Below, piece after piece: positions 37,473 through 46,274 of a stretch of DNA of 64,000 nucleotides; the stretch's first letter is position 1, and each line of letters starts with the position of its first letter. The position numbers and the translations under genes were made by a program. Origin of the DNA: Vulcanimicrobiota bacterium (GTDB lineage Bacteria > Vulcanimicrobiota > Vulcanimicrobiia > Vulcanimicrobiales > Vulcanimicrobiaceae); NCBI GenBank assembly GCA_031420415.1, contig JANOMT010000039.1, forward strand, positions 12,818 through 76,817, in the 5' to 3' direction. A model generated the notes under the pieces. That model worked only from the letters and a program-made list of their open reading frames with translations. It was not told the origin of the DNA and ran no database searches.

Positions 37473-37722
37473 CGATCCCGAACGGAAACGCGGACGTCTA
37501 TGACTCACTCCGCCAAAATCACTTCGATATGGCCGAAACGCTCCGAGCCGTTTGCAAGTTGGGATCATCCGAGTATCGTAAAGCACTCTTGGGAGGTCTT
37601 AGCCTTGCGGTTCAGAAACGCCGGAGCTGGCAATTAGGGACACGACCGCGCCTGTGGTTGCTCTCCGAGCGAGAATTGCGGCTTCCGATTTTGACACCCG
37701 TTCCAGTACCCCGTTTTGCGAC

Positions 37723-37794
37723 GCCCTTGTAGCTCAGTGGTAGAGCACGTCATTGGTAATGACGAGGTCGTGGGTTCAATCCCCACCGAGGGCT
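37723..37794 (+). tRNA. tRNA-Thr (GGU)
   Basis: Acceptor GCCCTTG/CGAGGGC, anticodon loop TTGGTAA, T arm GTGGG-TTCAATC-CCCAC. Confidence 0.9.
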
Positions 37795-37814
37795 TCACGC
37801 GTCGCTAGAAGTAG

Positions 37815-38465
37815 CTAGATGCGCTCGGCGAACCATTTTGCGATATCGTTGCGTTCGCTCTGGGCAATCGCGTGCCCGCGTGGATACGTTCGTTGATCGA
37901 GCGTTGCGCCGCTACGATCGGTGAGGTATCGCATCGTCTGCTCGACGAGGTGCGTGGGGATGACGTCGTCGAGCGTGCCGTGCGCGGTGAAGATCGAGAC
38001 GTCCGCGAGTCGACCCGGCGTCGCATTCTCGTCGGTATCGAGCGCGATCGCACCACTCAAGAGGACCGCGCCTGCGAACCGTTTTGGATCGTCGAGTAAC
38101 AACGCCCCGGCCATCATCATTCCCGCGCTGAAACCCAGCAGGTAGGTTCGGTCGCGAGCATATGCAGATGCGGTCGGACCTTCGAGCCAACCTCGGACGT
38201 AGTCGATCGACTCGCGCATGCTAGCGGCGATCGGGCGGCCCACGCCACGATCGCGGAACCACGTGTAGCCACCGCCGTCGAGGGCGACGGGCGCACGAAG
38301 ACTCGCAAATGCAGCCGCCGGCGCGAGCGTCGGTGCGAGATCTGCGAGATCGTGCTCGTCGGCTCCCCGCCCATGCAAGAGCACGATGAGGGGTGTCGTC
38401 GGTCCGGAACGCATGGGGCGACGCCAAACGACCGGCACTTCGTTCATTTCACGTACGTAATACAT
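37815..38465 (-). CDS. alpha/beta hydrolase (phospholipase/carboxylesterase family)
   Basis: ORF 37815..38720 trimmed to MYYVREMNEV. It has LLHGRGADE and the nucleophile elbow GFSAG. The upstream 85 codons look non-coding. Confidence 0.8.
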   Translation of the reverse strand: MYYVREMNEVPVVWRRPMRSGPTTPLIVLLHGRGADEHDLADLAPTLAPAAAFASLRAPVALDGGGYTWFRDRGVGRPIAASMRESIDYVRGWLEGPTASAYARDRTYLLGFSAGMMMAGALLLDDPKRFAGAVLLSGAIALDTDENATPGRLADVSIFTAHGTLDDVIPTHLVEQTMRYLTDRSGATLDQRTYPRGHAIAQSERNDIAKWFAERI

Positions 38466-38635
38466 CGCTATCGCACAACCTCTCGCTCCAGCGTTCACGA
38501 TAAACGGCTTTTTTTTCTTCTCGAAAGACCGACAAACTGTCGTCATTGGAGTCGCGGGCGATGCACCGCACCGACCGTCCGTGACGGATTCCCGTCGCGC
38601 TTCAGAGCGAAAGGACGCTCTCGGAATCGTCTCCG

Positions 38636-39070
38636 TTAGCGCTCGATTTGATTGTCCGACACGAGCGGCACCATTTGTTCGAGCGTCGGATCTTCGGTGC
38701 GCCCTTCGGCCTGCTTCCATGCCTCAAATCCGCCAAGGAGGACGCTCACGCGGCCGTAGCCGTTGTCGCGAACCTTCGCCGCAAGGTCGCAGAGTGCGTC
38801 GGATTTACCATCCTCATCGTATAAAACGACCATGCCGTCTTCTTTCGGTAACGGCAAAATAAGGCGCTCGGCTTTGTCGAGCTTCTTGGGATCGTAGCGA
38901 ATCGAACCGTAGATCTGTGCGTCGTGGGCGTGTTTTCGCACGTCGAGAACGAAGGCATCGCCCGCGTCGATGTGGCGCGCGAGTTCGTCGCACTCGACGG
39001 TCGCAATCGGCATGTCATTCGGCATGCCGTCCCTTACCCAAACTTGGACCGCCCGTTGAGCGAACCCCAA
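38636..39070 (-). CDS. rhodanese-like domain protein
   Basis: FVLDVR..... and the YDEDGKSDA loop, then GGFEAW. 144 aa. The start could instead be the internal MPNDM. Confidence 0.75.
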   Translation of the reverse strand: MGFAQRAVQVWVRDGMPNDMPIATVECDELARHIDAGDAFVLDVRKHAHDAQIYGSIRYDPKKLDKAERLILPLPKEDGMVVLYDEDGKSDALCDLAAKVRDNGYGRVSVLLGGFEAWKQAEGRTEDPTLEQMVPLVSDNQIER

Positions 39071-39073
39071 AAA

Positions 39074-39640
39074 TTAGCCGAGGGAGACCTGTCGATACGT
39101 GAGGTTGATGCGTCGGCCCGTCGCAGCTTCTTTGGGTACGGCGTGTTGGTAGTGACGCTGCGAGGCAATCGTCATCACGAGAACGCTACCGTGCTCCAGC
39201 GCGACGGCCATCGGCGCGCCCCGTCGCCCTTCGCGCAACTGGAAGCTGCGCGTCGCGCCGAGCGAGACGGAGACGACGCGATCGCGAAGCTCCGGCTCGT
39301 CGTCAGCGTGCCAGCCCATGCTATTGCGCCCGTCGGCGTAGACGTTGACGAGACACGAGTTGAGCGAGGTGCCGAGGCGAGAGTCGAGTCGCGCGCGCAA
39401 CGCCGAAAGGGTCGGGGTCCACGGTGCAGGTTCGTTCTTGAGGCCGCTGTAGGCGTAGCGGGCTCCCGGATCGCCATGCCAAGCCGTCAGGCGCGGCATC
39501 GGGACCGGTCCGCGGCCGAAGTTGAGGTATTCCTGTGTCGGTGTAAGCTCAGCGTCGAGAGCGGTAAGAAGCGTGTCGGCGTCTGAGAGAGCGCGATCGT
39601 AGAGCGTAATTCCCGGCAGGATTGTTGTCGTGTTTACCAT
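39074..39640 (-). CDS. alkB: alpha-ketoglutarate-dependent dioxygenase AlkB (2OG-Fe(II) oxygenase)
   Basis: NSCLVNVYADGRNSMGWHADDE (HxD), the HAVPK second-His region, and the RINLTYRQ end. Confidence 0.85.
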   Translation of the reverse strand: MVNTTTILPGITLYDRALSDADTLLTALDAELTPTQEYLNFGRGPVPMPRLTAWHGDPGARYAYSGLKNEPAPWTPTLSALRARLDSRLGTSLNSCLVNVYADGRNSMGWHADDEPELRDRVVSVSLGATRSFQLREGRRGAPMAVALEHGSVLVMTIASQRHYQHAVPKEAATGRRINLTYRQVSLG

Positions 39641-39740
39641 CGTTTTCTCCTCAGGTCACGATCACTTTGGCGACGTCGTCGAGACGATGAAACACCCGAT
39701 CGAATACGAATATCGGCGGACCGTAATAACTTCAGCGCCG

Positions 39741-39780
39741 ATAGAAAGAGAAACTCCGACCACACGGTCGGAGTTTCTCT
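39741..39780 (-). terminator. intrinsic terminator downstream of malate synthase
   Basis: Perfect 15-bp stem AGAGAAACTCCGACC / GGTCGGAGTTTCTCT with a 4-nt loop, followed on the minus strand by TTCTAT. Confidence 0.6.
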
Positions 39781-39816
39781 CTACGAGCGGTCGTCGTCGC
39801 GACGAATCACTCGAGT

Positions 39817-41337
39817 CTAGACCGGATCGAACGCGCCCTGCGCGATCATCGCTTCACCGATCGAGCGCGCTTCGCGCAACGTCTCCGCCGTGCCGGCGTC
39901 TTTGCCCGATGCGATGAGCTTCTCGAGTTCTTCATCGAAGAGCGCGCTCACCTCGGCTGCGGTCGTGATACCGTGCTTGATGCGTTGCGCGATCATCAAG
40001 CGATAGATACGATCTGTCGCGAGATCTTCCATGAAGCCGTCGAGCAGGCTCGCGCCTTTGCCGTTGATGTAGCCGTTGCGATAACGGATGACGGTGCGCA
40101 CGGCCGCGCGCGTACCGTCGATCGTCGTTTTTCCGACGCCCACGACCGAGGGACGCAAGTCGGGATGCGCGTCGTAGCCGTCGTGATAGCTCGCGAGCTG
40201 ATTGGGTTCGGGAAACTGAGCGACTGCGATCGCGTTTTGGTCGGGGTGACCCGTCCACGCGCCATCCATCAGACACGTCGCTTCGTTTTTCTTATCGACG
40301 GCGAGCGATTTGAGCGCGCGATCGTTGAGTTCGGCATCTTCACGACTCGGATAGAGCGCCGTCATCCCGCCAATGGCGAGCATGCCGTGCTTATGACAGA
40401 TCGACGGAATGAGCGTGCGCAAATTCTGGAAGAACGGCACGTCATGCGGGATCGTGTTGCGATCCGGCAAGACCCACGTCGGATCGTTAAGATTGTAATG
40501 GATCAAACTCGCCATATAATCCCAGCGGCCGAGATTGATTCCGAGCAGATGCTCGCGTAAGTTGTACGCGAACTCCTCGAGTTGGTACGCGAACGAGTGC
40601 GCTTCGCAAAGCGCCATGCACTTGATGTAATCAGCTTTCTCGCCTTTGAATTGCGCGAGCGCTCGCAACATGTCACGCCATAGCAGCGCTTCTTCGGCCG
40701 ATTCCGATTTTGGAATATAGATGCACAGCGGATGCTTGAGCTTTTTGAAATCGAGATGGAAGACGAGCAATGCGAGATCGAACAGCGATGCCGACGTGAG
40801 CTCCGGTAAGACGCCGGCTTGCGAGAGATGGAGGCCGCGCACGCGGGTGAACGTGACCGTCGACGACGGCTTGATGCCGACCGTGCTGCCACGTTTTTTA
40901 TCGTCGTACGAGAGTTCACCGTAGAGAGCGGCGACGACGTTGCGGACGCCGAGCAACGTGTGTTCCCAGTTGTTGGCCATCGAATCTTCGAGATCGAGCA
41001 TCACGCCGGGGGCGCCGGAGTTGAGCATCTTGACCACGAGATCGGCTTCGTCGGCGGGACCCGTCATCTGATTGCGTTGATCGAGAACCCAGGAGGGGAG
41101 ATCGATTTTCCAGGGCTCGGTCGTCGCGGGTGACGGGCTGAGGTACGTCGGCCGGCTCCCGGCCTGCGACGCGGCCATCACGGACTTGCGCGCGGCGGCG
41201 AATGCCTGCTGGCGCGGGGTGAAGCGTTCGTGCAGGGGGCGATAGAAAGCGGCGAAGCCCTCCGGGAGATCGCGATCGATCGAAAATCCGGCGGGTGCCA
41301 AACTCATCGGCGGTAGCGCGCTTTGCGCGAGACTCAA
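39817..41337 (-). CDS. aceB: malate synthase A family
   Basis: 506 aa. MLDLEDSMANNW, TRVRGLHL, GINLGRWDY, LPDR and MEDLAT motifs are colinear with E. coli AceB as I recall it. There is no isocitrate lyase nearby. Confidence 0.85.
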   Translation of the reverse strand: MSLAQSALPPMSLAPAGFSIDRDLPEGFAAFYRPLHERFTPRQQAFAAARKSVMAASQAGSRPTYLSPSPATTEPWKIDLPSWVLDQRNQMTGPADEADLVVKMLNSGAPGVMLDLEDSMANNWEHTLLGVRNVVAALYGELSYDDKKRGSTVGIKPSSTVTFTRVRGLHLSQAGVLPELTSASLFDLALLVFHLDFKKLKHPLCIYIPKSESAEEALLWRDMLRALAQFKGEKADYIKCMALCEAHSFAYQLEEFAYNLREHLLGINLGRWDYMASLIHYNLNDPTWVLPDRNTIPHDVPFFQNLRTLIPSICHKHGMLAIGGMTALYPSREDAELNDRALKSLAVDKKNEATCLMDGAWTGHPDQNAIAVAQFPEPNQLASYHDGYDAHPDLRPSVVGVGKTTIDGTRAAVRTVIRYRNGYINGKGASLLDGFMEDLATDRIYRLMIAQRIKHGITTAAEVSALFDEELEKLIASGKDAGTAETLREARSIGEAMIAQGAFDPV

Positions 41338-41489
41338 GGTAACTGCTCCTTCGTGTGTGTGGGTGCCGCACGACGAACGCGCGACAAAGGGTTAAGGATT
41401 CGTCACCGCGCTCGGCACCACTTCTGAAAGTGCCAGGCGGGAGAAAAAGCGGGAAGCGTCATGTGCACCGAAGCAACCGCGCACCAAGC

Positions 41490-41566
41490 GCGCTCGTAGC
41501 TCAACCGGATAGAGCGATAGCCTCCTAAGCTATAGGTTGCCAGTTCGATTCTGGCCGAGCGCACCA
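41490..41566 (+). tRNA. tRNA-Arg (CCU), CCA encoded
   Basis: Acceptor GCGCTCG/CGAGCGC, anticodon loop CTCCTAA, T arm GCCAG-TTCGATT-CTGGC. Confidence 0.9.
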
Positions 41567-41593
41567 CATGCTCAAGAAGCGCCGGACTCAACG

Positions 41594-41812
41594 TCACTCT
41601 GCCAGTTCCGCCCGTTCCACGACCGCGTCGCCTTCACGATCGAACGTGACGACGAAATCGATCGGGTTACAGCAAACGGGGCAATCCTCGATGAAGGACT
41701 GGCGTCGGCCGCCACTTGGATCGACCGCGACATAATTCGTCTCGGAGCAACGGGGGCAGGTGTAGGCGGCATCGCTTTCAAGAGGCACCATCCGGCGGTT
41801 CGCCGTTCGCAT
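41594..41812 (-). CDS. CPXCG-motif cysteine-rich small protein
   Basis: YTCPRCSE....VD.S.G..QSFIEDCPVCCNPI is the family signature. The true start may be the internal Met at 41791. Confidence 0.75.
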   Translation of the reverse strand: MRTANRRMVPLESDAAYTCPRCSETNYVAVDPSGGRRQSFIEDCPVCCNPIDFVVTFDREGDAVVERAELAE

Positions 41813-41989
41813 CTTGGCGACCGCGTAGCGCCGATGCGACTCGTCAAAAACATCTGTGGCCGCCGAGACCTCGGCCTCTCGAGGCTGTCGCTTGCCCCGG
41901 GCCCGGGGGCTATGCTATGATGAGCGACGGAACGGACCGCGTGTCCGTCTTTTTTATGTCGGCCCGCGCGCTCTAGGAACACACGAGAA

Positions 41990-42154
41990 ATGGCGAAAAA
42001 AGAGAACCGCGTCATGGTCGTCCTCGCATGTCAAGAATGCAAGCGACGCAACTACAACACGCAAAAAAACAAGCAGTCTACGACAGACCGCCTCGAGCTG
42101 TCGAAGTACTGCCGTCACTGCCGCTGTCACAAAGCCCACCGCGAAACCAAATAA
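41990..42154 (+). CDS. rpmG: 50S ribosomal protein L33 (Cys4 zinc-ribbon form)
   Basis: My own translation (54 aa, below the ORF-track cutoff): [54 protein letters not shown]. Confidence 0.9.
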   Translation: MAKKENRVMVVLACQECKRRNYNTQKNKQSTTDRLELSKYCRHCRCHKAHRETK

Positions 42155-42336
42155 TTATGCGGTTGGCACTCGCCTCGCGTTCATTCGCGGCGTAGAATGT
42201 CAATATAATTGGAAACAGGCGCGGGAATCTCCGTCGATACGTCCACGTACATCGCAGCACGAGATACGCGACGGATCGTTGCCGGCGAGGAGCCCGCAGC
42301 GCGAACTCCGGCGGCGTTGGAGCGTCCCGAAAACGT

Positions 42337-42412
42337 AGGGTGGTAGCTCAATTGGTAGAGTTGCGGTCTCCAAAACCGTCGGTTGCAGGTTCGAGTCCTG
42401 TCCGCCCTGCCA
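42337..42412 (+). tRNA. tRNA-Trp (CCA anticodon), CCA end encoded
   Basis: Acceptor AGGGTGG/CCGCCCT, anticodon loop CTCCAAA, T loop TTCGAGT. It is in the classic position before secE-nusG. Confidence 0.9.
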
Positions 42413-42458
42413 AGTCTTTCACGCGAGAACGATCTCTCGCATCAGGAGCACGAGTCGT

Positions 42459-42734
42459 ATGAACAGGCCAACTGGTGGAAGCGGGACGACGATTCGACCC
42501 GGATCGCCGAAGGCGCCCCGTCCGGCCCCCCCAAGCGATCGAGCCGTCCGGCAGCAAAGCGCGGAACGATTCATCCGTGATCTCATCGCCGAGATGCGTC
42601 GCGTCACGTGGCCGACGCGCCCCGAGTGGGTTTCAGCAACGGTCCTGACGATCGGCCTCGTCGTCGTCATCGGTTTCTACACGTACATCGCCGACCAAAT
42701 CTTCGGCTATCTCTTCGGTCTCATCCATCACTAG
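42459..42734 (+). CDS. secE: preprotein translocase subunit SecE
   Basis: The C-terminal E.R.V.WPTR.E pattern (EMRRVTWPTRPEW) followed by a single TM helix. Confidence 0.85.
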   Translation: MNRPTGGSGTTIRPGSPKAPRPAPPSDRAVRQQSAERFIRDLIAEMRRVTWPTRPEWVSATVLTIGLVVVIGFYTYIADQIFGYLFGLIHH

Positions 42735-42743
42735 GGGCAATCA

Positions 42744-43346
42744 GTGGAAGACGTAAACGCAGACGAAGCGGAAACGCCCGTCGTCTCGGCCCCGGGCGGA
42801 TCGAAAAAAGACGAGCGTCGCAAATGGTTCGTCATTCACACGTATTCGGGCTACGAAAACAAGGTCAAAGCGAACCTCGAGCGTCGTATCCATTCGATGA
42901 ATATGTCGGAGAAGATTTTCCGCGTACTCGTCCCGATGGAAGATGAAGTCGAGTTCAAAGATGGCAAGCGCAAAATCACGCCGAAGAAAGTCTTCCCGGG
43001 TTACGTGCTCGTCGAGATGGATATGGACGACCAGTCGTGGTACGTCGTTCGCAACACCTCGGGCGTGACGGGCTTTGTCGGCTCACCAGGCGCGGGCGAA
43101 AAGCCGGTCGCCTTGCAAGAAAAAGAAGTGAAGACGATCCTCAAGCAGATGGGCATCGAAACGCCCAAGCTCAAGATCGATTTCGCCAAGGGCGATCGCG
43201 TCAAGGTCACGAGCGGGCCGTTCTTCGACTTCACGGGCGTCGTGGACGAGATCCAGCCGGAAAAAGAGAAAGTCCGCGCACTCATTTCGATCTTCGGGCG
43301 TGAGACGCCAGTCGAACTCGAGTTCTACCAGATCGAAAAAGTGTAA
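42744..43346 (+). CDS. nusG: transcription termination/antitermination protein NusG
   Basis: KWFVIHTYSGYENKV (NGN domain) and a C-terminal KOW (GDRVKVTSGPFFDFTGVV). GTG start. Confidence 0.95.
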   Translation: MEDVNADEAETPVVSAPGGSKKDERRKWFVIHTYSGYENKVKANLERRIHSMNMSEKIFRVLVPMEDEVEFKDGKRKITPKKVFPGYVLVEMDMDDQSWYVVRNTSGVTGFVGSPGAGEKPVALQEKEVKTILKQMGIETPKLKIDFAKGDRVKVTSGPFFDFTGVVDEIQPEKEKVRALISIFGRETPVELEFYQIEKV

Positions 43347-43357
43347 AACCGAAAAAT

Positions 43358-43390
43358 AGCCCCACCGGAGCGGAGGGGCTGTTTTTTTTT
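43358..43390 (+). terminator. intrinsic terminator after nusG
   Basis: AGCCCCACC-ggagc-GGAGGGGCT followed by a T9 run. Confidence 0.7.
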
Positions 43391-43523
43391 GATCGCGCGT
43401 GCGAGTACTTTACCGAAACGCCGTCGTCGTGGTATTCTTCTCAAGTTGCGCCGCTGTTCTACCCCGAGCGCGCACTTTCGATTGGGGGAGAATGCCCACT
43501 CGGGTGTTCGAAAGGAAAACCAC

Positions 43524-43949
43524 ATGGCGAAAAAAGTCGTCGGCAAGATTGGGCTCGCGCTCACAGCTGGCAAAGCCACACCCGCCCCGCCGGTCGGTCC
43601 GGCGCTCGGGCCCTACTCGCTCAACATTATGGCGTTCTGCAAAGAGTACAACGAACGCACGGCGAGCCAGCCCGGCATGGTGATTCCGGTCGAGATCACC
43701 GTCTACGAAGACCGGACGTTCACTTTTGTCACGAAGACGCCGCCGGCGAGCTTCTTGATAAAGCGCGCCATCGGCATCGAATCGGGTTCGGCGATTCCCA
43801 ACCGCAATAAGGTCGGGAAGATCACCTCAAAGCAGATTCGTGAGATCGCGGAGACCAAGATGGCCGACCTCAACGCGAACGATGTTGAGATGGCGATGCG
43901 CATCATCTCCGGCACCGCGCGCTCGATGGGCGTCGAGGTAACGGCATAA
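43524..43949 (+). CDS. rplK: 50S ribosomal protein L11
   Basis: ORF 43389..43949 trimmed to [29 protein letters not shown]. Confidence 0.95.
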   Translation: MAKKVVGKIGLALTAGKATPAPPVGPALGPYSLNIMAFCKEYNERTASQPGMVIPVEITVYEDRTFTFVTKTPPASFLIKRAIGIESGSAIPNRNKVGKITSKQIREIAETKMADLNANDVEMAMRIISGTARSMGVEVTA

Positions 43950-44659
43950 TGGCGAAATCACACGGAAAAAAGTACACCGAACTCGCAAAATCGTTCGATC
44001 GCAACAAACTACACGATATCAACGAAGCAACTGCGACCGTTAAACGTTGCGCTACCGCGAAGTTCGACGAAACCGTCGAGATCCACATCCGTCTCGGTGT
44101 CGATCCCAAAAAGAGCGACCAAAACGTCCGCGGCACGGTGCTCCTTCCCAACGGCACGGGCCGTACCGTTCGCGTGATCGCATTTGCCAAGGGCGACAAA
44201 GCTCGTGAAGCAGAGGCTGCGGGCGCCGATATCGTTGGCGACCAAGAACTCATCGACCGCGTGAAGGCTGGCTTCACGGACTTCGACGTCGCCGTCGCGA
44301 CGCCGGATATGATGGGCGCCGTCGGGTCGAATCTCGGACGGATCCTCGCGCAGAAGATGCCTAACCCCAAATCGGGAACGGTCACGCCGAATATCGGCGC
44401 GGCGATTCGCGACATCAAGGCCGGTAAGGTCGAGTATCGGCTCGATAAGACCGGCATCGTTCACACGATCGTCGGGAAGGCGAGCTTCGGCGAAGATCAA
44501 CTCGCCGAAAACGTGGCGACGTTACTCGATGCGATCGTGCGCGCGAAGCCGTCGGCCTCGAAAGGCACGTACATCCGGAGCGTCACGCTCGCGAGCACGA
44601 TGGGCCCGGGCGTCAAGCTCGATCCCAATCGAGTAAAGCCGACCGCCGCTACGTCGTAG
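43949..44659 (+). CDS. rplA: 50S ribosomal protein L1
   Basis: 236 aa. [23 protein letters not shown]. The ATG overlaps the rplK TAA. Confidence 0.95.
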   Translation: MAKSHGKKYTELAKSFDRNKLHDINEATATVKRCATAKFDETVEIHIRLGVDPKKSDQNVRGTVLLPNGTGRTVRVIAFAKGDKAREAEAAGADIVGDQELIDRVKAGFTDFDVAVATPDMMGAVGSNLGRILAQKMPNPKSGTVTPNIGAAIRDIKAGKVEYRLDKTGIVHTIVGKASFGEDQLAENVATLLDAIVRAKPSASKGTYIRSVTLASTMGPGVKLDPNRVKPTAATS

Positions 44660-44683
44660 TCCGGGAAGCCCCGCTAGATGAGG

Positions 44684-44713
44684 GAGCCAGCGTGAGCTGG
44701 CTCTCTTTTTGTT
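44684..44713 (+). terminator. intrinsic terminator after rplA
   Basis: GAGCCAGC-gtga-GCTGGCTC followed by TCTTTTTGTTG. Confidence 0.7.
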
Positions 44714-44774
44714 GTGGACAATGGAAAGGCGACGATGATGTAGCCGATAGCGTTCGCATGGGAGAGCCTGCTTC

Positions 44775-45485
44775 ATGAACGTTCACTATCAACCGATTGT
44801 CGAACTCGAGACGGGTGCGGTCGTCCGCGTGGAAGCCTTCTGCCGGCTTGGCGACGGCGCGCTCGGGCAGGTAGCAGCATCGGAATTTTTGCCACTTGCC
44901 GAACGCAGCGGCCTCATGCGCGAACTCACCCAAGGCGTCATCGTCCAAGTTCTCACGGATCGCGCGTCTTGGCGCACGCAATTGCCCGTTGCTATCAACC
45001 TCTCGCAGGCGAACCTCTTTGAATCGGATTTTCCCGAACGTGTGACGTCGTTGCTCGCACGTTTCAACGTCGAGCCGTCGCAACTCACGTTTGAATTGAA
45101 CGATGGCATCCAGAATTCGATCTCGCCCGAAGAACGCCAAGCGATGAATGCGCTAGCCGTCAACGGCGTGCGTTTTTCACTCGACGGGTTCGACTTCGGC
45201 CGTTCGCGGTTTACGGCGCTATCCGTGACGCGCCTACCCATCAGCGAGATCAAGATCGATGCCAAGTTACTTTTGCCTTGCGGCCCGCCCGATCACGCCG
45301 TGCGCCGGTCCATGGCTTTTGCGCGGGACGCATCACTCGACGTCGTCGTGAAATCGGTTGAGAATACGCGTGAAATCGACGCGCTTCGCGCCATCGGTTG
45401 CACGCTCGCGCAAGGTTTTGCCTTTGGTGTGCCGATGGAGTCGGCTACTTTCGCCAGCCGTATGGAGGCGTTCGCCGCGGTCTAG
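44775..45485 (+). CDS. stand-alone EAL domain protein, probably catalytically degenerate
   Basis: YQPIVEL start, EAFCR (EAL-like), INLS (Asn), FELND instead of E.TE, LDGFDFG instead of DDFG.G, KID present, VKSVE instead of AEGVE, and QGF. Confidence 0.8.
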   Translation: MNVHYQPIVELETGAVVRVEAFCRLGDGALGQVAASEFLPLAERSGLMRELTQGVIVQVLTDRASWRTQLPVAINLSQANLFESDFPERVTSLLARFNVEPSQLTFELNDGIQNSISPEERQAMNALAVNGVRFSLDGFDFGRSRFTALSVTRLPISEIKIDAKLLLPCGPPDHAVRRSMAFARDASLDVVVKSVENTREIDALRAIGCTLAQGFAFGVPMESATFASRMEAFAAV

Positions 45486-45490
45486 CCGAT

Positions 45491-45519
45491 TTGACCGCGC
45501 GCCGCGGCTAGGGTATAGT
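45491..45519 (+). promoter_or_regulatory. sigma-70-type promoter for rplJL
   Basis: TTGACC (45491-45496), a 17-nt spacer, then TATAGT (45514-45519). Confidence 0.55.
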
Positions 45520-45698
45520 AAGCGACGGCTCCGATGACAGTAGGTCCGCACTCGTTGCGGTGAATGCGCAAGCGCCTACCGAGGTGACGACAGACTGACG
45601 GAACGACTCCGACTCGCGAAGCATGCGGGCGGCGGAAGAACGGCTGGGTGGCGCTCATCGCATGATTGGAGCGTCGTTTCTTTTCCAGAAAGAAGCCT
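45520..45698 (+). promoter_or_regulatory. structured 5' leader of rplJ (candidate L10(L12)4 autoregulatory leader/attenuator)
   Basis: About 180 nt of untranslated leader at the position of the known L10 leader. It ends in the hairpin GGCGCTC..GAGCGTC (45650-45675) followed by GTTTCTTTT, just before the ATG. Confidence 0.4.
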
Positions 45699-46274
45699 AT
45701 GCCTACCGCTAAAAAGGAACAGACGATTGCCGCGCTCAAAGCGCGGCTCGCCGAATCGAAGTATCTGTTCTTCACGAACTACTCCGGGCTTACCGTCGAA
45801 GAGATCACGAAGCTCCGCACCGAGCTCCGTAAGGACGGCTCCACGTACGCCGTCGTCAAAAACACGCTCTTCGCTCGCGCAGCGGGCGACGAACTCGCAA
45901 AGACCTTCGAGGCCTTCCTCGCCGGTCCCACGGGCGTCGTGTTTGCCGCTTCCGATCCGGTCGCACCCGCGAAAGCCCTCAAGGACTTTAGCGATAAGGT
46001 CAAGCCGCTCGAAGTTAAGGCCGCGTACGTCGATGGCGCGATCCTCGATCCGAAGCAAGTCGTCGCGCTCGCGTCGTTGCCCTCGAAGCCCGTCCTTCAG
46101 GCGACGCTTCTTGGCATGCTCGCAAGTCCGCTCCGCAACTTCGTCGGCGTGCTCGCCGCAAACCCCAGCGGATTCGTCCGCGTTCTGGCCGCTCGCGAGA
46201 AGCAACTCGCCGAGTCGGCGTCTGAAAACGCCTCTGGCGTTTCGTCTGAAAACGCCTCCGGCGTTTCGTCTTAA
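45699..46274 (+). CDS. rplJ: 50S ribosomal protein L10
   Basis: ORF 45666..46274 trimmed to MPTAKKEQTIAALKARL. It has YAVVKNTL and an unusual repeated C-terminal tail. Confidence 0.9.
   Translation: MPTAKKEQTIAALKARLAESKYLFFTNYSGLTVEEITKLRTELRKDGSTYAVVKNTLFARAAGDELAKTFEAFLAGPTGVVFAASDPVAPAKALKDFSDKVKPLEVKAAYVDGAILDPKQVVALASLPSKPVLQATLLGMLASPLRNFVGVLAANPSGFVRVLAAREKQLAESASENASGVSSENASGVSS
46221..46268 (+). repeat. 24-bp tandem duplication (x2) at the 3' end of rplJ; each unit contains a 7-bp inverted repeat
   Basis: TCTGAAAACGCCTCTGGCGTTTCG / TCTGAAAACGCCTCCGGCGTTTCG, encoding SENASGVS twice. Each unit has AAACGCC..GGCGTTT. Confidence 0.85.

Noticed and set aside
37473-37722. A possible ncRNA (SRP RNA, tmRNA, RNase P, 6S or a riboswitch) in the 250-nt ORF-poor stretch before tRNA-Thr(GGU). 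Track ORF 37334..37732 overlaps it.
   Set aside because: I could not recognise any conserved motif of those RNA families. The overlapping ORF continues out of frame from the DUF1295 gene and has no family signature. It is left unannotated pending a cmscan search.
36833-41489. Calling the tRNA-bounded block a genomic island or mobile element.
   Set aside because: I found no integrase, recombinase, transposase, phage gene or duplicated tRNA 3' half as an att site. It is reported only as an insertion-prone interval.
43391-43523. An L1-binding autoregulatory leader and promoter upstream of rplK.
   Set aside because: There are only weak -35/-10 candidates (TTTACC / TATTCT). I could not identify the 23S-mimic L1 binding motif by eye, so the evidence is insufficient.
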